DNA from: Microvirgula aerodenitrificans DSM 15089
GTDB lineage: Bacteria; Pseudomonadota; Gammaproteobacteria; Burkholderiales; Aquaspirillaceae
Direction: 5' to 3'
Assembly: GCF_000620105.1 (NCBI RefSeq)
Contig: NZ_KK211072.1
Location: 28,275 to 52,274, forward strand
DNA: 24,000 bases
Shown one piece after another: positions 22,843 to 24,000 of this stretch. A program made the translations under genes and the position numbers. Below the pieces are notes generated by a model that saw only the letters and a list, made by a program, of their open reading frames with translations, did no database searches and was not told the origin of the DNA. How positions within the stretch are numbered: position 1 is the first letter of the stretch; each line of letters starts with the position of its first letter.

Positions 22843-22996
22843 CCTTGCCCGCAAAGAACGGACGAGCGAAGCGAGGTTTCCCCGCGGCGGCGGGGACGGA
22901 AGGGGCAGGGCTCAATCAGGCAGACTGCCGTGCCCATGACGGATTCTGTCAGTCGGGCGTGCACCGACGCCACTGCAACCGTCGGTGCCCACCTTT
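22843..22996 (+). repeat. Structured intergenic element, copy 2
   Basis: See copy 1. Its terminal hairpin (22961-22988) ends 21 nt from the hslO stop codon on the opposite strand. Confidence 0.9.
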
Positions 22997-23009
22997 GCCT
23001 GCAGTCTGC

Positions 23010-23894
23010 TCAGTGCCGGGTCGGGCTGGCCGGCTCGATCGGGTCCTGCGGACCGGCGAACAGCTCGGCGGCATCGTCTTCGTCGAACACGTATTTCTGC
23101 TGACAGAATTCGCAGGCGATCTCGACGCTGCCCTGTTCGGACAGGATGCTCTCGACCTCGTCGCGGCCGATCATGCGCAGCATGCCGCCGACGCGCTCGC
23201 GACTGCAGCTGCACTGGAAGGCCACGCTTTCGGCGTCGAAGGCGCGGATGACTTCCTGGTGGAACAGGCGATACAGGATGTCATCGGCCGACAGCGTCAG
23301 CAGTTCTTCCTGTTTCAGCGTGGCGGCCAGTTCGCGCGCACGCGGCCAGTCATCCTCGTCACCGCTGCTGCCCGGCAGTTTCTGCAGCAGCATGCCGGCG
23401 GCGCAATCACCGTCGGCAGCCAGCATGATCAGCGTGTCGAGCTGTTCCGAGCGTTCCATGTAGTGCGTCAGCAGGCTGGCGACGCTGCCGCCTTCCAGTG
23501 CGACAATGCCCTGGTAAGGCTCGGCGCCGGCCTGTTTCGGATCGAGGGTGATCACGCACTGCCCCTGGCCGGTCAGGGTGGCGAGGTCGGCATCGGCCGG
23601 CAACTCGCCATCCCAGCGTGCGGTCGCGCGCAGGGTGCGCGTGGCCGCATTGACTTCCACCACCAGCAGTCGCAGTGCTCCCTGACCCTGGATCTGCAGG
23701 ATCAGCTGGCCGTCGAATTTCAGGTTGGCGGCCAGCAGGATGCCGGCGGCGGCCAGTTCGCCCAGGCGGTCGCGCAGCACCGGCGGGTAGTCGTGGCGGG
23801 CGTTGATCTCGCGCCAGCTGTCGTCCAGGCGCACCAGTGCGCCCCGGACCGGTGCCTCGTCGAACAGGAAGCGTTGCAGCGTGTCTTTTTTCAT
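23010..23894 (-). CDS. hslO: Redox-regulated chaperone Hsp33 (HslO)
   Basis: 294 aa starting MKKDTLQRFLFDEAPVRGALVRL. The C-terminal zinc/redox switch cysteines are present: C-x-C (FQCSCSRERV) and C-x-x-C (IACEFCQQKY). Confidence 0.95.
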   Translation of the reverse strand: MKKDTLQRFLFDEAPVRGALVRLDDSWREINARHDYPPVLRDRLGELAAAGILLAANLKFDGQLILQIQGQGALRLLVVEVNAATRTLRATARWDGELPADADLATLTGQGQCVITLDPKQAGAEPYQGIVALEGGSVASLLTHYMERSEQLDTLIMLAADGDCAAGMLLQKLPGSSGDEDDWPRARELAATLKQEELLTLSADDILYRLFHQEVIRAFDAESVAFQCSCSRERVGGMLRMIGRDEVESILSEQGSVEIACEFCQQKYVFDEDDAAELFAGPQDPIEPASPTRH

Positions 23895-24000
23895 GTCGGA
23901 ATCGTCTCCGTTTCGGTGTCGGTACCGGTGCTCAGCCGGGCGGTATAGAGGGTCATCGGCAGTGCCGAGCCGACGTCGAATTCGCAGCCGGCCCTGACGC
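23891..24000 (-). CDS. 3' end of an unidentified CDS running in from the right edge
   Basis: My own translation of the minus strand gives ...VRAGCEFDVGSALPMTLYTARLSTGTDTETETIPT*. Third codon positions are high in GC. Its TGA overlaps the hslO ATG (ATGA), suggesting translational coupling. Too short to assign a family. Confidence 0.4.
   Translation of the reverse strand, partial: VRAGCEFDVGSALPMTLYTARLSTGTDTETETIPT

Noticed and set aside
22664-22996. Possibility that the direct repeats are a CRISPR array
   Set aside because: There are only two copies, the repeat length is ~140-150 bp with a 25-bp spacer (the inverse of CRISPR proportions), and there are no cas genes.
22613-23948. ORFs of 68, 145 and 367 aa on the + strand crossing the tandem element and running antisense through hslO
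   Set aside because: The two element copies are read in different frames because the period is 179 bp. The products are Arg/Gly/Ala-rich, and the longest is simply the antisense of hslO.

Overview
High-GC (about 65%) chromosomal core region of betaproteobacterial type. The protein sequences look Neisseriales/Chromobacteriaceae-like, but that is inference and was not searched. Bases 1-9.9 kb are all on the minus strand and carry the conserved LPS/sigma-54/nitrogen-PTS neighbourhood: kdsD-kdsC-lptC-lptA-lptB-rpoN-hpf, then ptsN-hprK-rapZ. Overlapping stop/start codons link rapZ onward to a NusG-domain-II protein, a Gx transporter, ubiX and nnr (truncated at the window edge). The rest of the window holds a Kef-type CPA2 antiporter, pdxH, a tetR-sugE pair, an RluA-family pseudouridine synthase, rnk, scpB-rluB, an NlpE-like lipoprotein, greB, acyP, a UPF0016/Gdt1 transporter behind a yybP-ykoY (Mn2+) riboswitch, serA, hslO and a partial unknown CDS. 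I found no tRNA/rRNA, transposase, integrase, CRISPR array or recognisable defence or secretion system, so this is housekeeping territory. The features worth a second look are: (1) a 1.5 kb in-frame tandem-repeat array (498 aa, Arg/Gly/Asp/Pro-rich) forming an N-terminal extension of rluB, including 159-bp units with no mismatch found by eye; (2) a structured ~154-bp element present twice in tandem (138 bp identical) between the convergent serA and hslO; (3) a promoter-plus-terminator pair bounding a ~190-nt ORF-poor, lower-GC stretch after acyP; (4) a terminator-like hairpin in the leader of rnk. All long ORFs antisense to these genes are treated as high-GC shadow frames.
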